Below, one piece after another: positions 61,390 to 64,000 of a stretch of DNA of 64,000 nucleotides (the first letter of the stretch is position 1; every line of letters begins with the position of its first letter). The stretch is from Blepharisma stoltei ATCC 30299 (taxonomy: Eukaryota; Protista; Ciliophora). The DNA lies in contig CBFDEM010000047.1 in assembly GCA_965603825.1 (NCBI GenBank), forward strand, positions 186,001 through 250,000, given 5' to 3'. The notes under the pieces are model-generated. The model saw only the letters and a program-made list of their open reading frames with translations, searched no databases and had not been told where the DNA came from. A program made the position numbers and the translations under genes.

Positions 61390-61839
61390 CTAATTTTCAT
61401 CTTCATCTGGTTGATAAACAACTTGTGGTATGCTTAGACATACAATTTTTTTCTTTGGTTTTGGCTTTTCTTCCACATCTTCTTCTCTTTGGCTTAAATT
61501 TGTTTGCTCATCAAGTGTAATATCATTGAAAATACTTGATTTAGTCTCATCTGGCTCAAACTGTTGAGATTTTCTTTTCCTGTGATTAGGGAATTCTGTA
61601 ACAAATGAGCTTAGGTCTTTGATTATTGTAGCAGATTGGTTAATTAGTTTAGGTTTATATAAATCTTCCAGGGGAGAATTACTAAATCCTTTTCTTTTTT
61701 GCATTGGGCTGACGTCTATAGATCTTAGAAGCTTTAGCTTAGGTAATCTAACTGCGGAGTATTTAATTTTAAGCTGCTCAGAAGGGTTTTCATGGTCTTT
61801 TTCAATGTATTTCTGCAAGAACTTCCGAGATAAATCCAT
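61390..61839 (-). CDS. Hypothetical low-complexity protein
   Basis: 149-aa ATG..TAG ORF. Confidence 0.65.
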   Translation of the reverse strand: MDLSRKFLQKYIEKDHENPSEQLKIKYSAVRLPKLKLLRSIDVSPMQKRKGFSNSPLEDLYKPKLINQSATIIKDLSSFVTEFPNHRKRKSQQFEPDETKSSIFNDITLDEQTNLSQREEDVEEKPKPKKKIVCLSIPQVVYQPDEDEN

Positions 61840-62306
61840 TTGCGTATTATAACATTTTTTGAGTAAAGCTTTTTAAATAAAAGTTAATGGATTGATAGAA
61901 TTATGGCAAAGATATATGTATTATTCCAGTAAAATCGATTTTAAAGCAGTGTGAGCTAAAATTTTTGAACTAAATACTTAAGGCATCGTCATCAGAGAAT
62001 AATTTATAACTGGATTTAATAAAAAGTGACCCAAATATATTTTGTTTAATTTTTCATAAATAATCCCCTAGCCATTCCCTAAATTTGTTTCCGAATTCAT
62101 AGGCTAAATAAGTAAATTGAGCAATAATCAAAAGAGAAAACTATAAAAGCTTGTCTATTATTAATTATTGTCTATTTATTCGAATTAATTTTTTCCAAAT
62201 TAATCATATAAAAAATTTCAAGTTATATATTTTTAGCCATTTCTTGATGAAATTTCTTTATAAAATTAATAAGCTTATATTTAAAAAAACAGCCAAAAAT
62301 CTTAAA

Positions 62307-63188
62307 TTATAAATGAAATCTATTGAGTTCATAAATAATTTTCACTAAATATAATTTACCTTTTTTCCAATTTAAATCCCTTTTAGCTTTTGTAAAAGAA
62401 TAAAGGAATTTTTTTGAGCCTTGAGGTTCTGGAGTATAAGCTCCAACTCCTGGAACATCTCTTTTTTGAAAAGACTTATTTTTCATATAAGTATAAACAG
62501 GCTTAAGAACGCTCCTATCAGTTTTATATTGATCAGGAACCGGGCTATCTTGATCCATCATTTCTTGATAATAGACTCTCCTTGTCCTCTCTGTTGAGCA
62601 AAATCTGAAATTAAACTTTGTGCTTGAATCTAAACACTTCGGCGCAGGAGAAGGATCTTTTGTATGATAAAGTGGTGGCGTCTTGCTCGGGTTAAATTTT
62701 ACAGTTGGAGTAACAGGGAGTTTTCATGCATATTTTGGCCCTGGAGATCTGTCGAAATATTCCTGAAAATTTATCAGTCTATTCACTTTCGCTCTGTTAA
62801 ATCGTGTTGCTGGAGGATTTGGCATAACTTTTTCAGCTTTAGGCGTATACGTAAAAGCAGACGGCGAATCAGGCGACTTTTTCAATCTTAAATTCGCTTT
62901 TGGAAATTTAACTGTAGGAATTCTCTGTTTGTTCGACAAAAACTCATCACTGGCATCATAAGTCCCTGGTCCGATTTCTTCATCAGAAGACGAGCTTGGC
63001 ATTCTTTTTGGCTTTGATAACTCTCTCAGCCTTTCTTCAGAGTATTTGTAAATTTTCTTGTCTCTTTCAACACTTTTATTTAAATCGATTCTTCTGTTGA
63101 ATTTTTTTATTTTAGGTTGGCTTTGAGAAATTGTCAGCAAATTGTTCCACTCGTCTTGTGAGAAGTAATCATATGGAGATTTAGACAT
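62307..63188 (-). CDS. SHIPPO/ODF3-type (PGPG-Y repeat) axonemal protein
   Basis: IGPGTYD, PSAFTYTP, SPGPKY, PVPDQY and PGVGAY motifs. TGA at 62724 is Trp; first ATG at 63188. Confidence 0.78.
62345..62359 (-). other. Candidate 15-nt intron without an in-frame stop
   Basis: GTAAATTATATTTAG matches the intron consensus, including the -6 A, but the ORF stays open if it is retained. Confidence 0.6.
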
Positions 63189-63377
63189 ATATGATTCCAA
63201 GAAAATGAGAATTTTTATAACTTAATTTGAAGGTTTTAAGCGCAGCTTCTTCAATATAACTGTAGTGAAGGGCGTTTTAGAGGAAAATACTGAGTTTTTG
63301 CTATCATAAAAATTGGAGACAAATATCAATAAAATTCAAGTGATAATAGTCAGTTCTTAAAATGAAAATATTTATAT

Positions 63378-63881
63378 ATGGACCAAAGTCTTAAACTCAA
63401 CAAATCTGCAATGAAAGCTCAGCCTATAAGGCGAGCTGTTAAATCTTTTACTATTGTACCTCAAATTTCGTTATACAAGCTTAATGATCAGTCTCCAGAG
63501 CCTACATCAGGCAGCTCTCTTTTCCCTTCGATTACAAAAACGATGAATAAATCTTCAACGACAGGCAGACTTAGCTCAATTGAAGCTAAGCCAATAAACT
63601 TACAGTCTAAGTTAAAAGCAAATACGCACAGAAGAAAACTGTCCCAGCCCTTGAGCCCTACATCAGAAAGGCTATCACATTTGTATGTGTCTCAGCTATT
63701 TTCTTCAAGCAGTAAGAAACAAACGGTTCATTTAAGGAGTTCTACTAAATACAGCGAATGAGAAATTCAGGATGCTTTAAGAAACCCGAAGAAAAAAGAT
63801 ATAAGGAAAGGAAGGCTGAAGTTAGTGGCCTCATTGAAATCATTAAAGATGTTTGAACCGAGAGAAGTAACGTGGGTTTAG
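63378..63881 (+). CDS. Hypothetical Ser/Lys-rich protein
   Basis: Reads through TGA 63759 (SE-W-EIQDAL) to TAG at 63879-63881. Confidence 0.65.
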
Positions 63882-64000
63882 AGTAAACTTATTTATCGAT
63901 AGATTTTAAATTTTTTTGAAGCTTGATATGTGACTACTTTTATAAATATAGATTTTTATATATAAGAGGTGAAAATATTGTTTGGAGAATGTATAAAAAA

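Noticed and set aside
7950-63881. Apparent pseudogenes or split genes with internal stops
   Set aside because: Each break is a TGA at a plausible Trp site or a consensus 15/16-nt intron, and the frames are otherwise intact.
1-64000. Many short ORFs overlapping or antisense to long genes (e.g. 2245..2550, 6113..6589, 11266..11691, 25971..26687)
   Set aside because: Shadow frames of well-supported genes, often with non-ATG starts and no family motifs.
1-64000. CRISPR arrays, transposons, tRNA/rRNA, telomeric tracts, prokaryotic operons
   Set aside because: No repeat-spacer arrays, transposase or RT motifs, long terminal repeats, cloverleafs or tandem telomere repeats seen. The gene content is eukaryotic.

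Overview
Gene-dense, AT-rich eukaryotic DNA with about 39 protein-coding genes, intergenic gaps often under 100 nt, and no recognisable rRNA, tRNA, CRISPR array or transposon. Two features explain why the standard-code ORF track looks fragmented. First, in-frame TGA codons fall on conserved Trp positions, so UGA = Trp and genes end at TAA or TAG. Second, genes carry tiny 15-16 nt GT..AG introns with an invariant A six nt from the 3' end. Together these indicate a heterotrich ciliate macronuclear genome of the Blepharisma type (inference). Recognisable genes include DHRS4-like SDR, Virilizer-like, RBBP4/MSI1, NOT2, several RING ligases, Rab1-like, SWEET, GOT2, calcineurin A, AK9-like, aminopeptidase P, RRM-SPOC (RBM15/FPA-like), CCP/AGBL5-like, PRP39, REEP/HVA22, START, vWA and SHIPPO-repeat proteins. 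The most notable observations are: an IMPACT/UPF0029 domain apparently fused to a stand-alone dynein microtubule-binding domain; a TEBP-beta/TPP1-like OB-fold ORF that runs in frame, with no TAA/TAG, into a Rab1 GTPase; two m6A-writer accessory-subunit-like genes; a membrane-anchored pseudo-carboxypeptidase; a NACHT-less pentapeptide-WD40 gene; and two hairpin-rich intergenic segments that may be ncRNAs. All family assignments come from motif recognition by eye, not database searches.
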